Positions 10,596-20,646 of a stretch of 57,471 nucleotides of DNA are shown here, one piece after another. The notes under the pieces are model-generated. The model saw only the letters and a program-made list of their open reading frames with translations. It searched no databases and was not told where the DNA came from. Each line of letters opens with the position of its first letter. The stretch's first letter is position 1. Where the stretch lies: NCBI GenBank assembly GCA_035581905.1, contig DATISQ010000332.1, positions 1-57,471 on the forward strand, read 5' to 3'. The stretch comes from Cryobacterium sp. (GTDB taxonomy: Bacteria; Actinomycetota; Actinomycetes; Actinomycetales; Microbacteriaceae). Made by a program: the position numbers and the translations under genes.

Positions 10596-10924
10596 CCGTC
10601 CTGGATATCACCGGCAACGTGTCAATCGTGGTCGGAGCCTTGATCTTCGCCACCGCGGCTCTGGGGATCGTCAGGTTTCCTGACGCGTACACCCGCATCT
10701 CCGCGGTCGGCACAGCGGGAGGCCTCGGTATCGTCTTCGTCGTTGTCGGCGCGCTCGTGCTCGTGCTCCAGCCGAGCCTGACCGACACCGCGAAAGTGGC
10801 ACTCATCGTGATCCTGCAATTTTCCACCTCCGCCGTCGGAAGCATCGCCATCGCCCGATCCGCCTACCTCACCCGGACCAAACTCCACCGACCCGTCTTC
10901 GACGCACTCGAGCGAGAGGAATAA
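10592..10924 (+). CDS. mrpG: Mrp antiporter subunit G
   Basis: LGIVRFPDAYTRISA, IARSAY. Confidence 0.9.
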   Translation: MTVLDITGNVSIVVGALIFATAALGIVRFPDAYTRISAVGTAGGLGIVFVVVGALVLVLQPSLTDTAKVALIVILQFSTSAVGSIAIARSAYLTRTKLHRPVFDALEREE

Positions 10925-10929
10925 CTCAA

Positions 10930-11442
10930 ATGTCAGTCGACAGCGCGCCGATTCAGCGATGGTTGAGGTGGCTACTCGAGGGCAGATACCGCTGGGGCTA
11001 CTTCACCTCGAGCACCGGGCGATATGGAAGCGAATACCTTCGTGTCGTCATCTATCCACCCGACAGCCCGCGGATACTCCGCCGCTGCGCCCACCTGGCC
11101 CGGTTCTGGCTCCCGGTATCGGCGGCCAGCACCCTCGGAACAGCGTCGATCGTCGTCACCCTTGTGGAGATCTCGCTACTGACCGCCAGCATCGGCCCGG
11201 CCGTGTTGTGCCTCTTGGCCTGGATCGCGCTCAAGCACGTGTCCGCGCCGATGACCAGGCGGCAGGTGACCACGTCAGCGCGGAAGTCGACAATCAGCCT
11301 GAACCTCAATGACGAACTCCGATTCGACCAGGTCAATGGTCTCCTGAAGCGTCTCCGCCAGGCAGAGCGGCAAATGGACGGAGGCGCCATATCCAAGCGC
11401 GAATATCAAGACAGATGGGCGGTCGCTTTCGCTGTCTGGTAA
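10930..11442 (+). CDS. Hypothetical two-TM membrane protein (DUF6611-like)
   Basis: 5 bp after mrpG with a GAGG RBS; WG...RYG...VIYPP motif, two hydrophobic helices. Confidence 0.65.
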   Translation: MSVDSAPIQRWLRWLLEGRYRWGYFTSSTGRYGSEYLRVVIYPPDSPRILRRCAHLARFWLPVSAASTLGTASIVVTLVEISLLTASIGPAVLCLLAWIALKHVSAPMTRRQVTTSARKSTISLNLNDELRFDQVNGLLKRLRQAERQMDGGAISKREYQDRWAVAFAVW

Positions 11443-11560
11443 ATCCTGACGTGCAGGCACCCACCACGACACCCAACCATCACTGACTTTTACCCCAGGC
11501 CGGGACGGGCTGCACCTTCCTGTTTCGGTGCTCGATCCTTGTCTCTAGAAAGGTGCTCCT

Positions 11561-14272
11561 TTGAGCGTCACCACTCCTGCTCCTGCTTCATTAGCCTCAC
11601 CACCACCGCATTCTCAGAGCGCTGAGGACATCTTCAGCGATCTCGTCACCAGCCGTGACGGACTCAGCGCCGCGGACGCAGCCCAGCGTCTGGGCACGTA
11701 CGGTCCGAATGCGCTGCCGGTTCCGCCGAAGAAGAACCCGATACTGCTCTTTCTCGGCCACTTCAACGACGTGCTGATCTACGTCCTCCTCGGTGCCGCT
11801 GTCCTCACTGCCGTTTTCGGTGAGTGGGTCGATTCCGCCGTCATCCTCTCCGTCGCCGTCATCAACGCCGTGATCGGCTTCCTCCAGGAGGGTCGCGCCG
11901 AGAAAGCCCTCGATGGCATTCGCAAGATGCTGTCCCTCAACGCACAGACGAGAAGGGGTGGATCCTGGCTCAATGCCGATGCGTCGAGCCTGGTGCCCGG
12001 CGACATCGTGCGAGTGAAATCCGGTGACAAGGTCCCCGCAGACGTCCGCCTCGTCGAAGCCAGCAACCTCAGGGTCGAAGAGTCTGCTCTGACGGGGGAA
12101 TCTTCCCCCGCGGGCAAGCAAACCGACCCCGTTCCCGCCGATTCGGGAATCGGTGACCGTCACGGGATGCTGTTCTCGGGGACCCTCATCGCCACAGGGA
12201 GCGGAGTCGGCGTCGTTACCGGCACCGGTGCGAACACCGAGATCGGGCGCATCCAGTCGATGGTTGCCGATACCGGCCGGCTCGCCACACCGCTCACCAG
12301 CCAGCTCGATGCTTTCAGCAAGAAGATCTCCCTGATCATCCTGGGCGTCGCCGGGTTGATGCTCGTGGTGGGCCGCCTCATCCATGAACGCGACTTCGGT
12401 GAACTGTTCTCTGCGACTGTTGGATTCGCCGTTGCGGCGATTCCTGAGGGGCTACCCGCGTTGGTGACCATCACGCTGGCCCTCGGAGTTCGCCAGATGG
12501 CGAAACATCAGGCCATCGTCCGCAAGCTCACCGCAGTGGAAACTCTTGGTTCGGTCACCACAGTCTGCACCGACAAGACCGGCACCCTGACGCGCAATGA
12601 GATGACTGTTCGCACCGCCATCACTGCACGGGGAGCGTTCCAGGTCGGTGGCATCGGCTATGCGCCCACCGGCGAAATCACCCACCATGGCGCGGCCGCG
12701 GCCCTGTCTGACTTCCCCGATTTGGACAGGCTCATTGAAGTGCTGGCCGTATGCAACGACGCCCGTGTCAGTGAAACCGAGGGGGTCTGGCATGTCGTCG
12801 GTGAGCCCACCGAGGGCGCCCTCCGCACGCTCGCCCTCAAGTCCGGCTTCGACGATGCGGGCCACGAGCGACTCGGCGTCATCCCGTTTGAATCCGACAA
12901 CAAATTCATGGCAACACTTAATCAGAAGCCCGGCGGAAAGCCGCGCATCCTGATGAAGGGGGCCCCGGATCGCCTCCTCACCCGTGCTACCCAGCAACTA
13001 GGTACCGGCGGTGAGGTCGAGCCCCTGGACGAGGCGTACTGGACGCAGCACATCGACGACCTCAGCGCGCAGGGTCTGCGTGTGCTCGCCGCCGCAGTCA
13101 ACGACGCACCTGCGGGAACGGGCGTGCTGCACGTCTCCGATCTGGATACCGGCATGGTGTTTTTGGGAGTGGTTGGAATTGTCGATCCGCCGCGGCCCGA
13201 AGCGATTACGGCGATCGCCACAATGCAGGGCGCGGGCATCCGGGTGAAGATGATCACGGGCGACCACCCGGGCACCGCGCTGGCGATCGCCCGAGAGATG
13301 GGCATCGCCCAGCCGGACTCTCGGGTGCTGACGGGCAGCGAGCTGGAGGCCATGTCGCAAGACCAGCTCGCGAAGATGGTCCGCGGCGTTGACGTATTCG
13401 CCCGCACCAGCCCGGAACACAAGCTTCGAATCGTCAAGGCGCTCCAATCCCACCAGGAAGTGGTGGCGATGACAGGAGACGGCGTCAACGATGCCCCGGC
13501 GCTCCGACGCGCGGATGTGGGAGTCGCTATGGGCATCAAAGGAACTGAGGCTACCAAGGAAGCCGCTGACATCGTTCTCGCCGACGATAACTTCGCCACA
13601 ATTGAGCGGGCCGTCAAGGAAGGCCGTCGCATCCGCGACAACCTTCAGAAATCCATTGTGTTCCTCCTCCCGACGACCGCAGCCCAGTCCCTGGTGCTGC
13701 TGCTCGCAGTGTTGTTCGGGTTCACGCTGCCGCTGCAACCCACCCAGATCCTCTGGGTCAACCTCATCACCGCTGTCACCCTGTCCCTGGCGTTGGCGTC
13801 AGAACCGGCGGAGGCCGGCATCATGCTGAGGAAGCCGCGAGCCCCCGGCGGATCCATACTTGACCGCGCCTACATCGGGCGGATTCTTTGGGTATCCCTG
13901 TTGATCACGGCAGCGACAATTGCGGTGTTCTTCCTCGAACAAGGGCTCGGGTCCACCACAGCGGAAGCGCAGACGACCGCAGTCACGATGCTCACCCTCA
14001 GCCAGCTGGCGTTCTTGTTCAACTCACGCTTCCTCCGGGCATCGAGCCTGACCATGAAGGTCTTTCGGGGCAACCGTGCGCTCTGGATCTCGGTCGGCAT
14101 TCTGCTGGTTCTTCAACTCGTGTTCGTCTACGCGCCATTCATGAACGTGTGGTTCAGCTCGACGGCCGTGGGGCTCCGCGAGTGGGGCTACACGCTGGGC
14201 CTTTCCGCGGTCATCTTCCTCCTCGTCGAAGCGCAGAAGGCTGTCGGTCGGTTACGCGGTCGCCGCGCCTGA
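11561..14272 (+). CDS. Type II cation-transporting P-type ATPase (CtpF/Ca2+-like)
   Basis: TGES, AIPEGL, DKTGTLT, KGAP, TGD, TGDGVNDAPAL, QILWVNL. Confidence 0.93.
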   Translation: MSVTTPAPASLASPPPHSQSAEDIFSDLVTSRDGLSAADAAQRLGTYGPNALPVPPKKNPILLFLGHFNDVLIYVLLGAAVLTAVFGEWVDSAVILSVAVINAVIGFLQEGRAEKALDGIRKMLSLNAQTRRGGSWLNADASSLVPGDIVRVKSGDKVPADVRLVEASNLRVEESALTGESSPAGKQTDPVPADSGIGDRHGMLFSGTLIATGSGVGVVTGTGANTEIGRIQSMVADTGRLATPLTSQLDAFSKKISLIILGVAGLMLVVGRLIHERDFGELFSATVGFAVAAIPEGLPALVTITLALGVRQMAKHQAIVRKLTAVETLGSVTTVCTDKTGTLTRNEMTVRTAITARGAFQVGGIGYAPTGEITHHGAAAALSDFPDLDRLIEVLAVCNDARVSETEGVWHVVGEPTEGALRTLALKSGFDDAGHERLGVIPFESDNKFMATLNQKPGGKPRILMKGAPDRLLTRATQQLGTGGEVEPLDEAYWTQHIDDLSAQGLRVLAAAVNDAPAGTGVLHVSDLDTGMVFLGVVGIVDPPRPEAITAIATMQGAGIRVKMITGDHPGTALAIAREMGIAQPDSRVLTGSELEAMSQDQLAKMVRGVDVFARTSPEHKLRIVKALQSHQEVVAMTGDGVNDAPALRRADVGVAMGIKGTEATKEAADIVLADDNFATIERAVKEGRRIRDNLQKSIVFLLPTTAAQSLVLLLAVLFGFTLPLQPTQILWVNLITAVTLSLALASEPAEAGIMLRKPRAPGGSILDRAYIGRILWVSLLITAATIAVFFLEQGLGSTTAEAQTTAVTMLTLSQLAFLFNSRFLRASSLTMKVFRGNRALWISVGILLVLQLVFVYAPFMNVWFSSTAVGLREWGYTLGLSAVIFLLVEAQKAVGRLRGRRA

Positions 14273-14399
14273 GCGTTAGCGGCGTCGGGCGCTCAGCCGA
14301 GAGCGTCCGCTTCGCCCTTCCGGAGCCGGTGGACCTCTGCCCGGCACCACCGCGGCGGCGTGGACGGCCCGATCAGGCCGGGTCGTGATTGTCGGCGGA

Positions 14400-14720
14400 C
14401 ACGCGTCCGGCGTGGACGCCGCCTGTTTCCACGTGGCCGGGGGCTCCAGCGTCACGATGCCAATACCGAGGCAGCTGAACGGTGTGGACTGCTCACCTCA
14501 AGCCGAACCGGGCTCGGATGCGTCGTCTACCGTGACCCACGACCAATCCACCCGGGCCGGCTGGCTGACTTCCTCAGCGCCCGGACGGCAGAATCGGGGG
14601 AGATCCTGCGCTCCCGCGGACTCTTCCGTCCCGCATCGTCGGCTCGTGGAACAGCGCCGGCCCAACCATCGGCTTCGAACCGACACGCATGGGCAGCCAC
14701 GACCCCGAATCGCCCTGGGG
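14400..14720 (+). pseudogene. Frameshifted CobW/COG0523 metallochaperone C-terminal remnant
   Basis: Pieces in different frames: RQLNG..., VVYRDPRPIHPGRLADFL...GEILRSRGLF, IVGSWNSAGPTIGFEP; boundaries approximate. Confidence 0.6.
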
Positions 14721-15107
14721 CAGCACAGAACGGATGCCTGCCATGAAACACACACGGACGTGTCATCCCCGGCTGGCGCTAGGTTTCGGGTTCAAGTCTC
14801 GGTTGTCGCTCTCGGGAAATCGTTTGAGCTGTACTTCTGCTGACGCTTGCGTGAGAGCGCGCTGCAGCTGCCCGTATCCTCCTTACTGCGGGCTGGACGG
14901 GGCGCGTTGCGCAGAATATTTTCTTGCCCGCCGTGAGCAAACGGTGGCTACGAGCACCGAATTCTGAGCAGGCTGCCACCCCCGGGAGCTACAGCGCGGG
15001 CACGTTGCCCGGGTGGGCAATGCGGCCCAATCCAGCCTGATTTTGTCTCTTGAGGACGTTCGGCCCGGTGTGTATTCTCGGGGTGTAAATATGTGAGCAG
15101 GTTTCAA

Positions 15108-15353
15108 ATGTTAAATAGTGGCCAATCCTCACGCGCTCGTGCTGGTGTGATCGTCATCGAGCTTTCTCCGACAGCCTGGCGGGTTCAGGGGCGCAGGAGA
15201 ACGGACGATGAGGTCCCGGTGCTGCTGGGTTTCGTCCAGCAATTCGGTGACGTTTTCGAGGTGATGGATGTGACGCGGCCGCTCGAGAGAACGTATGTGC
15301 CGTCGATGGCCAGCGCGGTGGCGAGTATCACGGGTGGGACGGTCACCCAATGA
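15108..15353 (+). CDS. Small hypothetical protein coupled to the sigma factor gene
   Basis: Protein-like WRV...LLGFVQQFGDVFEV; its TGA overlaps the sigma ATG; start uncertain. Confidence 0.6.
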   Translation: MLNSGQSSRARAGVIVIELSPTAWRVQGRRRTDDEVPVLLGFVQQFGDVFEVMDVTRPLERTYVPSMASAVASITGGTVTQ

Positions 15354-16372
15354 GTTCTCCAGACCAGGGCTTCATGTCCGTCGCACCCGAAGAGGCGGAC
15401 CCCGAACAACGTTCATCTGCGTTGACCGCAGCCCCGCCCGTTGCCGTGCCTCGATCCAGGATGGTGCGCCTGGGTCGGGGGCCGACGGACACGTTCGGTT
15501 TCTACCTGCAAAAGATCGGCAGGGTTGAACTTCTCGTTGCGGAGGAGGAGGTTGACCTGGCCCGGCGGATGGAAGTGGGCCTGTTTGCGGCGGAGAGACT
15601 CGCCCAGGGGAACGCCGATCCGACTCTGACCCGGGAGCTGACCTGGCTCGTCCGGTTCGGTGACCAGGCCAAGACTCGGTTCATCGAGGCCAATCTGCGC
15701 TTGGTGGTCAGCATTGCCAAGCAGTACTCCGGCCGCAAGGTTCCGATCATGGATCTCATCCAGGATGGCAACCTCGGCCTGCTGCGTGCGGTGGAGAAGT
15801 TCGATTACACGACCGGGTACAAGTTCTCCACCTACGGAGTCTGGTGGATCCGGCAGTCGATTCACCGGGGCATGGTCGGCGCAGCTCGAACGATTCGGAT
15901 CCCGGTGCACGCCGTGGAGAGGCTCAACAAGATCAAGCGCACCCGCCGCGATCTCACCGGGACTCTGCACCGCGAACCCACCCTGGCGGAGCTGGCCGAG
16001 GCCTGCCATACCTCGGTGGCCGACGTGAGGGCGTTGCTCGACTGGGACGTCGAACCAATCTCCTATCACACCCCGCTCGGCGAGGGCCTGGCCGACATCT
16101 CTGAGCTGATCATGGACGACGACCTGCCCCAGCCGGAGGAATACGCGGCACTGGCCCTGCGCCGGTCTGACATCACATTTCATCTCGATGCGTTGCCCAC
16201 CCGGGAGCGAATGATCCTGGAGGCCCGGTTCGGGTTGAACGGCGACCAACCTCGCACTCTCGACCAAATCGCCGTCGGGCAAGGTGTCACTCGGGAACGC
16301 ATCCGCCAGATTGAGAAGCGGGCCCTGGCGATGATGCGCACGCCGGCACTCGAGCTCTACCTCCGAGAGTGA
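15350..16372 (+). CDS. Group 2 (SigA/SigB-like) sigma-70 factor lacking region 1.1
   Basis: YLQKIG...EEEVDLA (1.2), EANLRLVVSIAK, DLIQDGNLGL, KFSTY..WWIRQ, VTRERIRQIE (4.2). Confidence 0.92.
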   Translation: MSSPDQGFMSVAPEEADPEQRSSALTAAPPVAVPRSRMVRLGRGPTDTFGFYLQKIGRVELLVAEEEVDLARRMEVGLFAAERLAQGNADPTLTRELTWLVRFGDQAKTRFIEANLRLVVSIAKQYSGRKVPIMDLIQDGNLGLLRAVEKFDYTTGYKFSTYGVWWIRQSIHRGMVGAARTIRIPVHAVERLNKIKRTRRDLTGTLHREPTLAELAEACHTSVADVRALLDWDVEPISYHTPLGEGLADISELIMDDDLPQPEEYAALALRRSDITFHLDALPTRERMILEARFGLNGDQPRTLDQIAVGQGVTRERIRQIEKRALAMMRTPALELYLRE

Positions 16373-16530
16373 GCTCGCCCCGTGACCTTCTCCAACGGAT
16401 CCGCACAGGAGGCCGACTCAATCGGGAGTTGACCGTCATGGTCGGCACTCCAGTTCCTTCGGAGCGCGAAACGACGGCTAGGAGCTTCTCCTGCCAATCA
16501 GATCACCGGATCGGCTCTGCTACGCGGGTT

Positions 16531-18177
16531 TCAGAGGGCTCTCAGCGCAGCGATGGCATCATCTGCCGCGTCATCGAACGGCTCAAGAACGAGATTCACT
16601 ACCTTCTCGTCGATCTCCCTGCTGAACTCCGCCGCCTCCGCCTCGCGGTGCACCGTCACTGCCACCGGGGCCGTCGCGCCGTGACCGCGCAGGGAGGCGG
16701 CGAGGACCTTGTTGATCTCGACATTCGGGATGGTGCTGACGATCCATCTGGCTGTTCGTAAAGGGAGGCTCGCGGGAAATTCGATATTGCCCGCGTCCCC
16801 GTGAACCATCGACACGCGATCCGCCATCTCCGCATTGTCGAGGCTGATCTCGGCGTACGGGTCCCAGTCGACCACCAGAACCGAGTAGCCCAGGCTTGCG
16901 AATTCCTCGATCAGGCGCCTCCCGAACCGGCCGTAGCCGAAGACAATTACGTCGTACGCCTTCGGATCGGGCAACGAAACGTTGATCGTGCGGCGGCGCT
17001 CGAAGACGCCGAGGAACGGCTCGAGCAGGGCGAACAGCGGTTTCGAGTACAGGATCATGTAGGTCGATGCCCCGATTGTGATCATCCCGACCAGCGTCAC
17101 GAGGCCGACGGTGTCGTTGTCGACGTGGCCGAGGTCGCGGCCGAGGGTAACAAGGATCAGCGAGAACTCGCTGATCTGAGCGACGGCCAGGCCGGCAAGG
17201 AATGAGACACGTTTCGGGTACCCCATCACCCCCATGATCACGAGGACGATAAGCGGGTTTCCGATCAGGACGAACGCGGAAAAGGCTAGTGCGGCCGGCA
17301 CCTGCGCGCCGATCGACGAGAAGTCGAGTTGCGCGCCGAGCGCGATGAAGAAGAACAGCAGCAGGAAATCCCGGATGCCCGCCAGGGATGACGCGATCGA
17401 CTCCCGGAATCGTGTCGATGCGAGCGCGAAGCCGGCCAGGAAGGCGCCCACTTCAACCGAGAAGCCCAGATAGTCCGTGACGGCGGCCACCGCGACAGCC
17501 CAGGCGATCGAGCACACGATCAGCAGCTCCGGCGAGTCAGCGACGAGCAGGAGGAGGCGGGGGAGAACCCATCGCATCGACACGGCAAGGCCGCCGATGA
17601 GTCCGACTGCCGCGAGCAGCACTCCCAGAATCTGCTCTGAAAGAGGACCATCGCGCTCACCGCCGAAGCTCGAGAGGGCGATCATCGCCACGATAACGAC
17701 GATGTCCTGGACAATCAGGAATCCCAGGGCGATCCTGCCGTGGAGCTCGTCGAGCTCGCGCTTGTCCGACAATAGCTTCACGATGATGATCGTCGACGAG
17801 AAGGTCAGCGCCACGGCCACGTAGACGGCCACGACCACGGGCATCCCGAACAGGAGCGCGAGGCCGAAGCCGACGAGCGATGTGAACAGCACCTGGCCGA
17901 GCCCGGTGACCAGCGCCACCCGGCCGATCGACTTGACCAGCCGGATGTCGAGCTTGAGCCCCACGAGGAAGAGCAGGATCGCGATGCCGATCTCGGCCAA
18001 CAGTTCCAGAGTGCCCTTCTCCTCCACCCAGCCCAGGAGTGATGGGCCGACGATCACACCCACGAGAATGAAGGCCACGATCAACGGCTGACGCGCACGG
18101 TGCGCTGCAAAAGCAACAATCGCGGCCACGGCGAGCACGGCCGCCATCGTGGTGAACGTGTCCAGTCCGGCCTCCAT
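16531..18177 (-). CDS. CPA2 cation:proton antiporter (Kef-like) with C-terminal RCK/TrkA-N domain
   Basis: LLFLVGL, FSSTIIIVK, LIVQD, GAFLAG, QISEFS; GYGRFG nucleotide-binding motif. Confidence 0.88.
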   Translation of the reverse strand: MEAGLDTFTTMAAVLAVAAIVAFAAHRARQPLIVAFILVGVIVGPSLLGWVEEKGTLELLAEIGIAILLFLVGLKLDIRLVKSIGRVALVTGLGQVLFTSLVGFGLALLFGMPVVVAVYVAVALTFSSTIIIVKLLSDKRELDELHGRIALGFLIVQDIVVIVAMIALSSFGGERDGPLSEQILGVLLAAVGLIGGLAVSMRWVLPRLLLLVADSPELLIVCSIAWAVAVAAVTDYLGFSVEVGAFLAGFALASTRFRESIASSLAGIRDFLLLFFFIALGAQLDFSSIGAQVPAALAFSAFVLIGNPLIVLVIMGVMGYPKRVSFLAGLAVAQISEFSLILVTLGRDLGHVDNDTVGLVTLVGMITIGASTYMILYSKPLFALLEPFLGVFERRRTINVSLPDPKAYDVIVFGYGRFGRRLIEEFASLGYSVLVVDWDPYAEISLDNAEMADRVSMVHGDAGNIEFPASLPLRTARWIVSTIPNVEINKVLAASLRGHGATAPVAVTVHREAEAAEFSREIDEKVVNLVLEPFDDAADDAIAALRAL

Positions 18178-18452
18178 CACACGTGCAGGTGTCGGACGAG
18201 GTGGGCCGGCACGTCGGGCGGCCCCACCGCGACCAACCGGTCCGCGACCTGGCATCGCCGCGGGACGTCCCGGTTATGCACCGAGGTGTTGGCGGCCAGG
18301 GGAAGCACGACGGGTTCGCTAGGGTTCAAGTCCGACTCGGTGAGAATCTCGAACCCGATCCGCGCGGACGGCGGCAACGCGAACCGGGCGCATCCGGGCG
18401 GGAGATGCTCGCGAACGCGAGATTTTTCCAGACCAGGATCGAATGCGGTCAC
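18177..18452 (-). CDS. Hypothetical 91-aa protein
   Basis: AGGAG RBS before GTG; TGATG overlap with the antiporter start. Confidence 0.45.
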   Translation of the reverse strand: MTAFDPGLEKSRVREHLPPGCARFALPPSARIGFEILTESDLNPSEPVVLPLAANTSVHNRDVPRRCQVADRLVAVGPPDVPAHLVRHLHV

Positions 18453-18883
18453 GATTCACTCCTGTGTCAGAGGCCACGGTTGGGGTGCATTCACAACTTA
18501 GGTCATCGCCGACGCGAGCGCCAGTCGTGGGCGGTGGCATGCGTCACCGCGCCCTGCCAGTCTTCCGTTCCGATAACGAAGGCATGCCAACAATGAACGT
18601 GGCCTGCTGAGCGAATGCGCCGGCGCCCCGGGCGGCAATGCTCAAGCTGTGGATGCCGCCAGTATTGTTGACGGCTGCGATTGCCTCCGCCGATCCTGGG
18701 TGCCGGACTTGATGCGCTAAAGACCGATCTGAAGCGAAAATGAGTGTCGACCCAAAGGTCCACCTCCCCAATCGCGTTCCCAGACCGCGGGCACAGCAAT
18801 AGGCTGGGGAGAGGTCCGCCTCGCTGCGTTGCGGGACCCGCGGGCAATCTTCAGCTTCATCGTTCCGGCCTTCAGGAGACTCC

Positions 18884-20611
18884 ATGACCGCATCTGCCCC
18901 CGTTGATCCCACGTCGACCGACGCCTGGAGGCAGCTCGCCAGCATTGCCGCTGGTTTTTCTCCTGATCTGCGTGGTTGGTTCGCCACCGACGCCGGGCGA
19001 GCCGACCGTTTCACCTTTCAAGCCGCTGACCTCACCGTCGATCTGTCGAAGAATCTCCTGACCGACGAGATCCTGACCCAGCTCCTGCAGCTCGCGAAGG
19101 ACGTCGATGTCACGGGTCGATTCCAGGCCATGATCGCCGGCGAGCATATCAATGTCACCGAGGACCGCGCGGTTCTCCATACGGCTCTCCGACGTCCGCA
19201 GGACGGCGCCGGCCTCGTGCCGCCGAAGGGTTTCCTGGTTGACGGTCAGGACGTTGATGCGGATGTCCACGCCACGCTCGACAAGGTGTGCGCATTTGCC
19301 GACAAGGTGCGGTCCGGCCAGTGGACCGGCGTGACCGGCAAACAAATTCGGACTGTCGTCAACATCGGGATCGGCGGGTCCGACCTCGGCCCTGTGATGG
19401 TCTATGAAGCGTTGAAGCCGTACGTGCAGGCCGGCCTCGAGCTGCGCTTCGTGTCGAACATCGACCCCACCGACGTCTACGAGAAGACGTCGGACCTGGA
19501 CCCTGAGACCACTCTCTTCATTGTTGCCTCGAAGACCTTTGGCACCCTCGAGACGCTCACGAACGCCCGCCTGGCCCGCGAATGGCTGTGGAACCAGCTT
19601 CTGAGTTCAGGCGCGATCGACGAGACAGATGCCGCCCGCTCCGAAGCCGTCGCCAAGCACTTCGTTGCTGTGTCGACCGCTCTCGACAAGGTCGCGGCAT
19701 TTGGTATCGATCCCGGGAACGCCTTCGGAATCTGGGACTGGGTGGGCGGTCGTTTCTCGATTGATTCAGCCATCGGTGCCTCCGTGGTTATCGCCGTCGG
19801 CCCCGACAATTGGCGGGACTTCCTCTCCGGCTTCCACGCGCTCGACGAGCACATGCGAACCGCGCCCCTCGAGCAGAACGTGCCCGTGCTGATGGGGCTC
19901 CTGAACGTCTGGTATTCCAACTTCCTCAAGGCGCAAAGCCACGCTGTGCTCCCGTACGCACAGTATCTCCACCGTTTTCCGGCCTACCTGCAGCAGCTCA
20001 CGATGGAATCGAACGGGAAGACTGTCCGCTGGGATGGGTCACCCACAACGACCGACACCGGCGAGGTTTTCTGGGGCGAACCGGGTACGAATGGTCAGCA
20101 CGCCTTCTACCAGCTTCTGCACCAGGGCACGCGGATCGTTCCGGCCGACTTCATCGCGGTCGCGAACCCTGCTCACGCACTGAAGGACGAGGCAGGCGAC
20201 GGTGCCGCTGTCCAACCCGGCCAGGATGTGCACGCGTTGTTCATGGCGAATTTCTTCGCTCAGACCAAAGCGCTCGCGTTCGGCAAGACGGCTGATGAGG
20301 TGCGCGCCGATGGCACCGATGAGTCAGTCGTCCCGGCCCGCACGTTCCCCGGCAACCGGCCGACCACGTCGATCCTCGCGCCGGCCCTCACACCGAGCGT
20401 GGTCGGACAGCTCATCGCGCTGTACGAGCACATTGTTTTCGTCGAAGGCACCATCTGGGGTATCGATTCCTTCGACCAATGGGGGGTCGAGCTCGGCAAG
20501 CAGCTCGCGCTCCAGGTCACTCCGGCAGTGCAGGGTGACGCCGACGCGTTGCAGTCCCAGGATTCGTCGACCAAAGCTCTGATCGCAAAGTACCTCAAGC
20601 TCCGAAACTGA
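18884..20611 (+). CDS. pgi: Glucose-6-phosphate isomerase
   Basis: [48 protein letters not shown]. Confidence 0.96.
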   Translation: MTASAPVDPTSTDAWRQLASIAAGFSPDLRGWFATDAGRADRFTFQAADLTVDLSKNLLTDEILTQLLQLAKDVDVTGRFQAMIAGEHINVTEDRAVLHTALRRPQDGAGLVPPKGFLVDGQDVDADVHATLDKVCAFADKVRSGQWTGVTGKQIRTVVNIGIGGSDLGPVMVYEALKPYVQAGLELRFVSNIDPTDVYEKTSDLDPETTLFIVASKTFGTLETLTNARLAREWLWNQLLSSGAIDETDAARSEAVAKHFVAVSTALDKVAAFGIDPGNAFGIWDWVGGRFSIDSAIGASVVIAVGPDNWRDFLSGFHALDEHMRTAPLEQNVPVLMGLLNVWYSNFLKAQSHAVLPYAQYLHRFPAYLQQLTMESNGKTVRWDGSPTTTDTGEVFWGEPGTNGQHAFYQLLHQGTRIVPADFIAVANPAHALKDEAGDGAAVQPGQDVHALFMANFFAQTKALAFGKTADEVRADGTDESVVPARTFPGNRPTTSILAPALTPSVVGQLIALYEHIVFVEGTIWGIDSFDQWGVELGKQLALQVTPAVQGDADALQSQDSSTKALIAKYLKLRN

Positions 20612-20646
20612 CCGAGAGAGAGCACCTGGAGTGCGATCACGTTCAG

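Noticed and set aside
18544-18760. Possible gene remnant on the minus strand upstream of pgi
   Set aside because: Protein-like stretch but no motif I can assign
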